From assembly GCF_006345805.1 (NCBI RefSeq), contig NC_042997.1, forward strand, positions 188,852,001 to 188,916,000: DNA of 64,000 nt. Reading direction: 5' to 3'. This stretch comes from Octopus sinensis. Lineage: Eukaryota. Each line of letters starts with the position of its first letter. Positions within the stretch are counted from its first letter, which is position 1. Shown here in pieces: positions 50,063 to 61,739 of this stretch. A model generated the notes under the pieces. That model was not told the DNA's origin and ran no database searches. It saw nothing but the letters and a program-made list of their open reading frames with translations. Made by a program: the position numbers and the translations under genes.

Positions 50063-51164
50063 TAAAAATAAGGTAAGCAATCTTAATGAGAGGAGAAGTC
50101 AATGATATCGACATCAGCGCTCAACTGGTACATATTTTATCGACCTTACAAAAATAAAAGCAGTTGACCTCTGTGGCATTTGAACTTAGAATATAGAAAA
50201 CCAGAAAAAATACCACCAAGCGTTTTTCTAGTGTCCTAAAAATACTGCTAGCTCACTATCTTAATAATCCTTTCTACTATAGGTACCAAACCTGAAATTT
50301 GGGGTGGGGATAGTCAATTACATTGACCCCAGTACTTAACTGGTACTTATATTATTGACCCTGAAACGATGAAAGGCAAAGTCGACCTCGGTAGAATTTG
50401 AACTCAGAATGTGAAGACAGACGAAATACTGCTAAGCATTTTGCCTGGCGTGCTTATGATTCTGTTAGCTTGCTACCTTCCATTGTCTTAATAATAATAA
50501 TGGTTTTTCAAATTTTGGCACAAGGCCAGCAAGTTCGTGGGTGGCTGTAAAGTGATGATATTGACTCCATTGTTCAATTGGTACTTACTGACCCTGAAAG
50601 GATGAAAGGCAAAGTAGATCTTGGCAGAATATGAACTCAGAACATAAAGGTGAATGAAATGCTGCTAAGCATTTTGTCCAGCATGCTAACAATTCTTCCA
50701 GCTAACCGCCTTAATAATAATAATAATAATATAATAATAATAATAATCCTTTCTACTAAAGGCACAAAGCCTGAAATTTTTGGGGAAGGGACTAGTTGAT
50801 TACATCGACTCCAGTGTTTCACTGGTACTTAATATTGAGCCTGAGATAATGAAAAGCAAAGTCGACCTCAGGTGGCATTTGAACTCAGAAAGTGAAGATG
50901 GACAAAATACCATTAAGCATTTCACCTGGGGTGTTAAGGATTCTGCCAGTTCACTGTTTTAATAATAATAGTAACAATAGTAGTAATCTTTCCTATTATA
51001 GGCGCACAAAGCCTGAAATTTTGGTGGAGGGGAATAGTTGATTACAGCAACTCCAGTGCTTGACTGATACTAATTTTATCGGCCCTGAAAGAATAAAAGG
51101 CAAAGCTGACCCTGGCTTCATTGTTGTCGCTGTCGCCACCGTCGCCTGTCATCGTCGTCATCAA

Positions 51165-51722
51165 TGCCCTGATGCAGTACCAGACAGTGGTTCTCATGGC
51201 TTCTCATCTTAACTGATTGGAAGTGTTATCATGTACATTGTTTTGTCTTGGTATAAAAGATGGGCTACAGCAATTATTCTGCTCAATACCACAGAATTAC
51301 TTGTCAGTTGTTTGACCTTAACCAGTTGATCATGTCCCTTAGTGGCTGACGATATGTGCATCTCTGATTACAAGCAGAAGTAGTGGGGGAGCATCATAGC
51401 CATGTGTTGAAAGGAATTCTTAGAGGTTTGGATAATTCACCTTTGGAAACATGGGTGGTTCATTCAGCATTCTTAAACAATCCTTATTCAGGGACATTTT
51501 GAGTGGGATGGGCTACTCGACCAGAAGAAAATTCTAACTGGGCCCCACCTGCAAAGTCATGTGCTGTTTATCTTGATATGAGATCACCATTTCATGCACA
51601 TATGGTTGTTGATTCATGTGCCTGGTGTACCCTTATCAGCTGGGTATACTGATGGGTATACTGGGCTTCATATATTTTACCCCAGTGTCACTTTGATGGC
51701 ATGCACTGCTCTCTCACTCAAT
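51165..51722 (+). mobile_element. ~550-bp retroelement 3' UTR ending in (TAA)n, probably R4/Dong
   Basis: Closely similar to 53876-54422; both end CTCTCTCACTCAATAAT in (TAA)n. Confidence 0.6.
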
Positions 51723-51726
51723 AATG

Positions 51727-51758
<32 letters not shown>

Positions 51759-51885
51759 CCTTTCTCCTAAAGACACAAGGTCTGAAACTTTGGGGGAGAG
51801 GACTAGTTGATTACATCAACCCCAGTGTTTCACTGGTACTTTATTTATCAACCCCGAAAGGATGAAAGGCAAAGTTGACCTGGCG

Positions 51886-51946
<61 letters not shown>

Positions 51947-52519
51947 CCTTTCTACCATTGGTACAAGGTCCGAAATTTTGGGTAAGTGGGCTAGCTGATT
52001 ACATCCACCTCAGTACTTGACTAGTACTTATTTTATCGACCCCCACAAAAGTATGAATGTAATGTTGACCTTGGCAGAATTAGAACACAGAACAACATAA
52101 AGCTGGTAGAAATGTTGCAAAGCATTTTGTCTGGCATGCTAACAAGTCTGCCAGCTCACTGCCTTAACAACAACAACAACAGTAGCAGTAACAGCAGCAG
52201 CAGCAGTTGCAGCAGCAACAACAGCAACAATGATTTCGAATTTTGGCAGAAGGCCAGAAATTTTGGGAGAGGAAGTAAGTCAATGACATCGATCCCAGTA
52301 CTCAACTGTTACTGACCCCATTTTATTGACCCCACCAAAGAATGAAAAGGTAAAGTTGATCTCAGCAGAATTTGAACTCAGAAGATGAGATGAAAATATT
52401 TTGCCCAGCATGCTAATGATTCTGCCAGCTCACTGCCTTACTACTACTACTACTACTACCACTACTACTACCACCACCACCACCACCACCACCACTACTA
52501 CTACTACTAATAATAATAA

Positions 52520-52778
52520 TAGGCACAGGAAAATACATCAAGCAAAAGTCGAAATTGTCCTTTTGATATTTGTGCACTTGGAACAGTTTCAAAGAATCTG
52601 GATGCAATACCTGAGATCTTAGGCATACTAGATATACTAAGGAGTGCACAAATGGCTGTGGTACTTGGAATAACTCCTGTGCTGTGGAAGATGTGCTTCT
52701 GAGCTGCAGGAAGCAGCTGAGGTATAATTACACACAACCCAGCCATAAGAGGTCCATGTGTCGGGGAACAACAATCTT
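52520..52778 (+). mobile_element. R4/Dong-type LINE C-terminus in (TAA)n
   Basis: KVEIV..I.ALGTVSKNL...LGI.DI..SAQMAVVLG; (TAA)n on both sides. Confidence 0.7.
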
Positions 52779-52796
52779 AATAATAATAATAATAAT

Positions 52797-53846
52797 AACA
52801 AACACACTCGGAGAGTGCAAACCACTGCCAAGGCAACACCAATGTCCTCTCAACGATTAACCAGAAATGATTTTTAAAATGAGAATATCTGAAATAAACT
52901 TGACTGCTCTCACAAACGAGAATACTAAAATTGAAACTGACCACTCTCAAAAATTAAGCAAAAAAACTGGAAAAATAATCCAGAATCCTGATTTATCCCA
53001 ATGGTAGTCATGGAATGTGAAGGTGGATGTGCGGGCTGTGTTTGTAATGCTGTGTGTGTGTTGTCTGTAGTGGGAACAGGGACAGTTTTCTCTACGATGG
53101 CCTTTTTCAGTCTATCCACTGAAATAGTGTCTTTATGATCATTAAAGTCTATTGTGAAAAATTTATCCTAGTGTGAAAGAAAACGGAAAGGACCTGCATA
53201 TAATGCTGTTAATGGAGGTTTAAAAACATTGTAGCACACAAAAACGTGAGTCTAAGAAGTAAAGCTTCCTTCAAAGCAGAGCTAGAAATGCAATTGTCAA
53301 ATAGGTAAGAGGTTTTAAACAGGAGTGATATATTCAAAATTGGTAAAACTAAAAATTGTCGAGGATAAATTAAATTTATTATTGTTACTGAATATGTTAG
53401 TGTTATTTAATTTCTGAACAGTTTTGCTACTATTTATTTATGTAGTTTCATTTCTTTATCTCTCAGTTTCTACTAAGGTAGAGACGTGAGTAAAATTAAT
53501 AATAGAGAAACAAAAATAAAACTTTGGAAACAGCAATGCCGCCATAATTTATGTGGAAACCATGAGCATGCTTTCAAGGGAGATAATTAGAGAAAGACTT
53601 GAAAGTCAAAGTAAGATTGTAATACTTCATGTAAAATAAAGTAAATATTACAAATAATCCAGAATCCTTATCTGATACTGGATTGATCCCATAATCTAAT
53701 CAGTTTATGCCAGTCACAAGGCCAAACAGCACTGAAAGTTTCATCTGAACCCATCCAGCAGTTCTTGAGATATCTTGTCCACAGACAAACAAATAAACAA
53801 ACACAACTGAAAACAATACACCTACCTTCGATAAGGCAGAGGTAAT
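52797..53846. mobile_element. Helentron-associated (HINE-like) element carrying an insert
   Basis: ACCACTGCCAAGGC near one end; (CAAA)n then AAAACAATAC...AAGGCAGAGGTAAT at the other. Confidence 0.5.
53005..53250 (-). pseudogene. Gypsy integrase C-terminal (GPF/Y module) fragment
   Basis: KPPLTALYAGPFRFLSH*DKFFTIDFNDHKDTISVDRLKKA. Confidence 0.8.
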
Positions 53847-53875
53847 AATAATAATAATAAATAATAATAATAATA

Positions 53876-54417
53876 TACCAGGCAGTGGTTCTCATGGCTT
53901 CTGATCTTAACTGATTGGAAGTGTTATCATGTACATTGTTTTACCTTGGTATAAAAGATGGGCTACAGCAAATATTCTGCTCACTACCACAGATTTGCTT
54001 GTCAGTTGCTTGACCTTAACCAGTTGAGCATGTCCGTTAGTGGCTGACGATATGTGCATCTCTGATCACGAGCAGAAGTAGTGGGGGAGCATCATAGCCA
54101 TGTGTTGAGAGGGATTCTTTGGGGTTTGAATAATTCACCTCTGGAAACATGGGTGGTTCTTTCAACATCCTTAAACAACCCTTATTCAGGGACCTTTTGA
54201 GCGGGATGGGCTACTCAACCTGAAGAAAATTCTAACTGGGCCCCACCTGCAAGGTCATGTGCTGTTTATCTTGATATGAGATCACCATGTCGCGCACATA
54301 TGGTTGTGATGCATGTGCCTGGTGTACCCTTATCAGACGAGTAGTCATGATGGGTATATTGGGCTTCGTATATTTTACCCCAGTGTCACTTTGATGGCAT
54401 GAACTGCTCTCTCACTC

Positions 54418-54422
<5 letters not shown>
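53876..54422 (+). mobile_element. Second copy of the putative Dong 3' UTR
   Basis: Matches 51178-51722; inserted in (TAA)n. Confidence 0.6.
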
Positions 54423-54454
<32 letters not shown>

Positions 54455-54664
54455 GTTTTGAATTTTTCCACAAAGGCAGCAATTTGGGGAAGGGGATGAG
54501 TTGATTACATCGACCCCAGTGTTCAACTGGTACTTATTTTATCGACCCTGAAAGGATGAAAGGTAAAATCAGCCTTGGTGGAATTTGAACTCAGAACATA
54601 AAGACGGATGAAATGCCGCTTGGTATTTTGCCTGGCATGCTAATGATTCTGCCATCTCGCTGCC

Positions 54665-54710
<46 letters not shown>

Positions 54711-54713
54711 TAG

Positions 54714-54749
<36 letters not shown>

Positions 54750-55317
54750 AAGTTGAGTTAGTATTAATATGGTTAATGTAGTTAGAATAAAAAAACTGAT
54801 TAGAAATACTTTATGCAGTGGAAGTAACAACAAAATTATTAATTATTGAGTAAAATTATTTTGAGTCTTTCAGTAATTATGAAAGACAACTCTGTACATA
54901 CTCCAGTGATATTAGACCTCCTCAGCAAAGTATGGACTTCACCTGACTTGCTGAAGAAGTGATGAAAGAATTTCAAAGTACATTTACAATAATGAATAGC
55001 TGCAGGTGTACAAAAATACAATCATCCAGAGAGTAAATTGCTCTTAGGCACTATCTGCACGTAAGAAATAAAATAAAAAACAACAACAACAAAACAAACA
55101 AGAACCAAACAAACAGTGGTTGAGTTTGTGTAAACATGTTTAATGCTGGGAGCATGCATTAAATATGTTAATACTATTTCTTTCTTCATGTGGTTGCCAT
55201 GAAAGTGTACTTTATCTTTTGAACATTTCTAATAACGTTATTTTGTTTTATAGGTCAAACAATTTGAGACGGGGAAACATAATTTCCTGCTCCTGCCCCC
55301 TTTGCTAAAGAAATAAC

Positions 55318-55729
55318 GGATCTTTTCGGTTTGAACGGCAGTTTTCTCTAGCAGTGTCATATGAAATTGTCACCCATAATTATGACCCTAGTATCGATCT
55401 ATCGCATTTCAATCTGTTTTAGGGTTAGGGCTGGGGGAAGGGTATCTTTTTTTTTCTTCAGAAATGTAAATAAACCCAATCTGTTTCTTAAACGAGGGAC
55501 ATATTCATATGGCACAGAATGTTTTCACCTCAATAGACGTCATTGATTGGTTGAAATTGCAGAAATTGAAGAAAACAAACAACAAATATCTTACAAACTA
55601 TAGAATTTTCTCAATAAAGCCAAGAGAAAAAGATGTTTTATGTAACACATTCAACCAGTATACGAAGTTTAAAAGTGTTTAGTTACCTAGAAATTATGTT
55701 AAAAACTGCCGTTCAAACCGAAAAGATCC
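55318..55729. mobile_element. MITE with GGATCTTT termini and internal TTAGGG
   Basis: GGATCTTTTCGGTTTGAACGGCAGTTTTT / AAAAACTGCCGTTCAAACCGAAAAGATCC perfect TIR; TTAGGGTTAGGG at 55419. Confidence 0.88.
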
Positions 55730-56422
55730 CCGCCCTTTGTTAAAGAAAAAACTCAACTAGATATAAGAAAGTACTACAATATTGAAGGGATACGAAGTAT
55801 TTGGTCTTCAACTAGTTGTGATCGTCGTGATTATGATTCTTCAATTTAATAGAAACATTAATTATTGGCCAGTTTATTTTCTTATAATACATACTGAAAC
55901 CTAGTGAATCCTTTTGATTATCACAAGTGGCTATGTATGAAATATTGTCTCATTTTTTTTCTCTGAAACTTCCCTCGTACTTTATCTTCTTTTAAACATA
56001 ATAGCAGAAATTTGTCAGAAGCTAAAAAATATTGATTTAGCATGCAGAACAAGGGAAGTAACATTAAATATCTGTAACACGAACTGAGTTACTTCCCTTA
56101 GACAAACATCTGTAATTATATTACTTTTTAATGTAGCACTGCGTGATTTCAGCTGAAGCTTAACCATTTCTTGCGTGCCATATGTGTAAAATAAGTAATT
56201 CTCTTAAGATTTATAACGTATTACTATATTACTTCAGCTGTAGCTAAACCAGAGCTTACATGCCATTTACAACGATACAGCACTTCATTAAAAGCTTGAC
56301 GAATATGTTGATTAACTTTATTTCCTTACAGCAGATTTATGAATCTGTGAGGAAAAATTAATTAAGCTGTACGTTTACTTAGGATAGATTAATAGTCAGC
56401 TGAATAAGACAGCCAATATTTT

Positions 56423-56830
56423 GTCGGTGAGCAGGCAGAAACGTTAGCACGCCGGGCGAAATGCTTAGTAGTATTTCGTCTGCCTTTACGTTCTGAGTTC
56501 AAATTCCGCCGAGGTTGACTTTGACTTTCAACCTTTCGGGGTGGATAAATTAAGTACCAGTTACGCACTGCGTTCGATGTAATCGATTTAATCCGTTTGT
56601 CTGTCCCCTCTGTATTCAGCCCCTTGTGGGTAGTAAAGAAATAGGTATTTCGTCTGCTTTTACGTTCTGAGCTCAAATTCTGCCGAGGTTGACTTTGACT
56701 ATTCATCCTTTCGGGGTCGATAAATTAAGTACCAGTTACGCACTGGAGTCGATGTAATCGACTTCATCCGTTTGTCTGTCCTTGTTTATCCCCTCTATGT
56801 TTAGCCCCTTGTGGGAAATGAAGAAATAAG
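56423..56830 (+). mobile_element. Dimeric group B SINE
   Basis: Same dimer junction as 46066-46475; AATAAGACAG flanks. Confidence 0.85.
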
Positions 56831-57219
56831 ACAGTTTATATTCTGAAAATACCTTTTAAAATAACGTTAGAAATCAAACCTAAAGTTACATTTTCTGTTA
56901 TTGATATTAATTAGCAGAATAGTATAAAACAGATGAATGTAAAGGCATCAAATGAGCAGAGATTACTGAGAATTATCAGTGAGTTTATATAAAACAGAAA
57001 GGCCGAGTTTGATTATCTGGTGTTTAGTGAGATTGCAAATATTTCCATGATTCTGTGCCCCACAACACAGGACTAAGAATAATGTATTTTGAATGTTATA
57101 AAAATAAGTCTCTTCAAATACTACTAAATTTTTTATATGTAATTTCTGCTGTCTTTTAGTTTAGTCTGAAGATAAAAGGCATCTCCCAGTTACAACTTAT
57201 TTGTATTGTCATTGCAAAT

Positions 57220-57425
57220 AAAGGCGGACAGCAGGCCAAATTAAATACCTTGGCATTTCTTTCATCTTTACATTCTGAGTTCAAATGCTATTGGTGTTGA
57301 CTTAGCTTTTTGTCCTTTAGGAGTCGATAAATTAAGTACCAGTTATACATTAGGGTTGATATAATTAACTAGATCTACTCCCACAAAATTTTAGGCCTTG
57401 TGTCTATAACAGAAAGGATTATTAA
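57220..57425 (+). mobile_element. SINE group B, old
   Basis: Diverged match; ATTGCAAATA flanks. Confidence 0.7.
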
Positions 57426-57499
57426 TTGCAAATACAAATCAGAAACAGCTATTGATAATTTGAAGCAATTCTTTTACTCTTACACTTGTTTCAGTAATA

Positions 57500-57558
57500 T
57501 GTCTGTGGCCAACGCCCTGTGAATGGATTTGGTAGACAAAAACTGAAAGAAGCCCATC

Positions 57559-57597
<39 letters not shown>

Positions 57598-57970
57598 TAA
57601 ACAGTAAAAATAATTACAGACATGGACAAGAACATGAAACACCACAGAGACGACACAAGAACCACAGGACGGGACATTCGAAGCCCTCAGTCATCAGTCA
57701 AGAACCAGATCATCTTAGCAATATATATATATATATGTATGTGTGTGTATATGTTTGTGTGTCTGTGTTTGTCCCCCCCCCCAACATCGCTTGACAACTG
57801 ATGCTGATGTGTTTACATCCCCGTAACTTAGCAGTTCGGCAAAAGGAACTGATAGAATAAGTACTAGGCTTACAAAGAATAAGTCCTGGGGTCGATTTGC
57901 TTGACTAAATGTGGTGTTCCAGCATGGCTGCAGTCAAATGACTGAAACAAGTAAAAGTATAAAAGAGTAT
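57500..57970 (+). mobile_element. SINE group A with an insert in its (TA)n middle
   Basis: Consensus halves around 57596-57720. Confidence 0.8.
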
Positions 57971-58241
57971 TCAGTTGTAGAATTTTTTTGTTTATGACAA
58001 GTTCTTTCAAGTTTTAGAGTAAAAGAAATGCAAATATTAGAATTCTTTTGAGATTAAGCAAAATAAGAAAATGGCAAGTAAATCCCCCTCCTCTTTGCTC
58101 AAGACACTACACAGTGGGACCAAATCTGAGACTACAAGGTTTGGGAAACAAATGCCTTACCACCCAGTGATGAGATAAGAAATTTAAGTCTATGAAAAAA
58201 ATAAAAAACAAAATAGATATAAAATATCTTGCTAGTTATGG

Positions 58242-58623
58242 TTGGAGACGTGGAGGCAAAATGGCCCAGTGGTTAAGGCAGCGGAATCACGGTCATAGGA
58301 TCGTGGTTTCGATTCCCAGACCAGGCGTTGAGTGTTTATTAAGCGAAAACACCTAAAGCTCCCTGAGGCTCCGGCAGGGGATGGTGGCGAACCCTGCTGT
58401 ACTCTTTCTCTCACTCTTACTTCCTGTTTCTGTTGTGCCTGTAATTCAAAGTGCCAGCCTTTTCACACTGTGTCACGTTGAATGTTCCCAAGAACTACGT
58501 TAAGGGTACACGTGTCTGTGGAGTGCTCAGCCACTTGCATGGTAATTTCACGAGCAGGCTGTTCCGTTGATCAGATAAACTGGAACCCTCGACGTCGTAA
58601 GCTACGGAGTGCCAACAGCAACA
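58242..58623 (+). mobile_element. SINE group C with a third tail type
   Basis: TGGCCCAGTGG / GTTTCGATTCC boxes; TSD-like ATGGTTGGA. Confidence 0.85.
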
Positions 58624-58645
58624 ATGGTTGGATACAGGAGTGAAT

Positions 58646-59463
58646 GGCATAGTTTCGGTTGTAGTAGCACAGATTTCCGTCGATTTCCGTAAAAAACTTT
58701 TATTTTTTTACATAAGTAATGAGAGCGAAAGAGACTAAGAGGAAGCGATTTTATGACGAGAAGGTTTCTCTTTGAAGTCGGCCTGTGTGTGTTTGATGGG
58801 GTGTGGGAGACAGACAGTATGTTGTGTAAGTGAAGTGCTTCTGTTAGTGTGTGCGAAGAGACAGACATACATATACACATACACCGAGTAAAAAATTACG
58901 ATGAATCGGCCATACATACATACACACACACACATACATAGATACATACACACACACACATACATACATACACACACACATACTTACACACACACACACA
59001 CATAGATACATAGATACATACATAGATACATAGATACATACACACACACACATACATGCAGACATACATATACACATACACCGAGTAAAAAATTACGATG
59101 AATCGGCCATACATACATACACACACACATACTTACACACACACATACATACATACACACACACACACACATACATGCATACATACATATACACATACAC
59201 CGAGTAAAAAATCAGTTATCTCTCTCTTTCACACATTACTCTCTCTGTCTCTTCGCACACACTAACAGAAGCACTTCACTTACACAACATACTGTCTGTC
59301 TCCCACACCCCATCAAACACACACAGGCCGACTTCATAGAGAAACCTTCTCGTCATAAAATCGCTTCCTCTTAGTCTCTTTCGCTCTCATTACTTATGTA
59401 AAAAAATAAAAGTTTTTTACGGAAATCGACGGAAATCTGAGCTACGACATGCGAAACTTCGCC
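58646..59463. mobile_element. Merlin-like foldback MITE with ~220-bp near-perfect TIRs
   Basis: GG...CC termini; 8-bp TSD GAGTGAAT/AAGTGAAT; internal tandem CACCGAGTAAAAAA-(CA)n units. Confidence 0.85.
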
Positions 59464-59519
59464 AAGTGAATGATTGGACAAGCAAAATTTTAATTTAGAG
59501 TCCTTATATATCGCATAAA

Positions 59520-59532
59520 AAAGTCCGTCGTG

Positions 59533-59578
<46 letters not shown>

Positions 59579-59800
59579 CATGTATTCGTCTCACACACAC
59601 ACACACAATCGCCTAACAAACGATGTTGGTGTGTTTACGTCTCCGTAATTTAGTGGCAAAAAAAAAAAAGACCAATAGAATAAGTACTAGGCTTACAAAG
59701 AATAAGTCCTGGGGTTGATTTGCTCGACTAAAGGCGGTGCTCCAGCATGGCCGCTGTCAAATGACTGAAACAAGTAAAAGAGAGTAAAAGAGTAAAAGAA
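59520..59800 (+). mobile_element. SINE group A, 3' half
   Basis: Consensus match. Confidence 0.8.
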
Positions 59801-60198
59801 TAATATATATATATACACAAAAATCAGGGATAACTTGACAAGCAATCATAAGGGGAGATAATTCAAAGGAATTAAAAAATTCTCATGATTAAAAGAAAAT
59901 ATCATTTAAGGTAGCAACGACGCCATTCATATTGTTGCCTTATTGGACCTCTTCCGTGCAGTACAGTCAGCACGAACCTGCTTGATTAATCGAAAACAAT
60001 TTCTTAACTATGGAAAAATGTTTAGAAATATTTTGGCTGATATTAACTTGCATAGAATAAGAAAATTGACCTAGGGGGAATAACTCCTATTTAATTTAAG
60101 GGAATTAACTTATAATTTAATTTCATAAATATATGCTTCATGCTTTGGTTTTTTTAATTCGAATTGTGATATCTAAGAGTTACGTCGCTTACATAGTT

Positions 60199-60500
60199 AA
60201 TAATAATAATAATGAAATTATTGTATACAGTGCTCAGGTGCACCACAACTTGTCAGAAAGTGCATATAAAGTACATGCAGTAATGTAGAAATGTCTGGAA
60301 AGCGAACAATGTATGAGTCAGATACATGCTTGCGTGTGTATGGAGAGGAGAAAATCAGGTGTAGTGTTGGCGAATCTCAGGAAGCATGGAAGTTTTGAAG
60401 GATGCAGTGCTCCGATAACTAACAACTGATGCCAGCAGTTTGTTCCATGCTTCAGCAACTCTCAGCGTGAAAAAATGTTTCCTGAAGTCATGGGAGCTGT
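60199..60500 (-). mobile_element. CR1 LINE 3' end
   Basis: FRKHFFTLRVAEAWNKL..SVV....TASFK; (ATT)n tail. Confidence 0.85.
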
Positions 60501-60817
60501 TGAATGGATACTGAATAAAAATAAAAATTAAAAAGCAAAAGAAAAAGAAAAATTTTGAAAGAAGCGAGTGTAGTGATTAAAGAAACTAATTTCGCTTTCC
60601 AAAAAATGTTTTAGTCTTCTGTAAAAGATTTATTGTCTTTTATAAAAAAAAAATCAGTGAGCAAATAATGATCTTTGGGTTGAACTCAAAAATGTCTAAG
60701 TCTCACGTGTCTTATTCAGAAAGCTCCAGTAAAGGAAATATAATAAGTTAAGATGGTTGATAACTAGTATTCTTAATTAAAAAAAAAAAATTTTTTACGT
60801 ATTTTGACAGAAAAAAA

Positions 60818-61186
60818 ACGTCAACACTAACATTAAAATAAAAATCAAATGGAAATTGTAGTTAAGATACCCATGCAGGTGACATGTAAAAACCGTCCGA
60901 ACGTGACCGGTGCCAGCGCCACCTCGACTGGCTTCTGTGCCGGTGGCACGTAAAAAGCACCAATTGATCGTGGCCGTTGTCAGCCCTGCCTGGCACCTGT
61001 GCCGGTGGCACGTAAAAAGCACCCACTACACTCATGGAGTGGTTGGCGTTAAGAAGGGCATCCAGCTGTAGAAACTATACCAGATCAGACTGGAGCCTGT
61101 TGCAGCCTCCTGGCTTCCCAGATCCCGGTCAAACCGTCCAACCCATGCTAGCATGGAGAACGGACGTTAAACGATGATGACGATGA
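60818..61186 (+). mobile_element. RTE 3' end
   Basis: 3' UTR units and (GAT)n tail. Confidence 0.88.
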
Positions 61187-61363
61187 AGACAAAACTGCAA
61201 AAAAGAAAAGAAAAAAAAAGCAAACAAACAAAAACACACCGCTTTTACTCCATAATATTTTACAGAAAAAGAAAGGATTGCCCGAATGGAATTAAGAGAA
61301 ATTATTGCCAGGAATGTAGCACAAATGAATCTAAAGGTCCAGCTGTTTATATATTGGTAATGC

Positions 61364-61416
61364 GTCCCCAAAGCCCATCCCCTCCTCACTGTGGTGGGGA
61401 CGCTGGCAACGGATAG
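61364..61416 (+). ncRNA. Putative HDV-like self-cleaving ribozyme (P4-less)
   Basis: P1 GTCCCCA/TGGGGAC; P2 CCATCC/GGATAG; L3 TCCTCACT; GGCAAC with candidate catalytic C61407; G1 is the first base of the element. Confidence 0.5.
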
Positions 61417-61739
61417 TGTCAGAGCTATGCCGTCGGGAACTTCGGTTCCTGGTAAGTCCACCCAAGGCGGATTGGTCTGACACCGAGTGGTATTAGGGCC
61501 GCAACCCGGCAGACAGGGCTCTGGTGAAAATCCTCAGAGTGTCTGTTTCGGCAACCGGCAGCTTCTCGGTCGTTCTGTCCCTGCGTCTGCGGACAATCAG
61601 CAGCAAACAGGATGTCTCTACATGCGAGATTGTTGGGGACCGCTTGTAAAATCCACATATTCCCACGAAACTTCTTCCATGGTAGAAGAAGCCGACTCAA
61701 CCCGCCCAGGGTGAATGTCGCCACGAGTACAAGTACAAG
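61364..61739 (+). mobile_element. 376-bp non-coding retroelement with (TACAAG)n tail
   Basis: Exact 14-bp TSD TATATTGGTAATGC (61350-61363; 61740-61753); GC-rich, many hairpins, no tRNA boxes. Confidence 0.88.

Larger units (their letters stand above)
48775..54750 (-). repeat. Stack of about 11 co-oriented group B SINEs separated by (AAT)n tracts
   Basis: Units start near 48780, 49535, 50090, 50265, 50500, 50745, 50985, 51757, 51945, 52232 and 54452. Confidence 0.8.
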
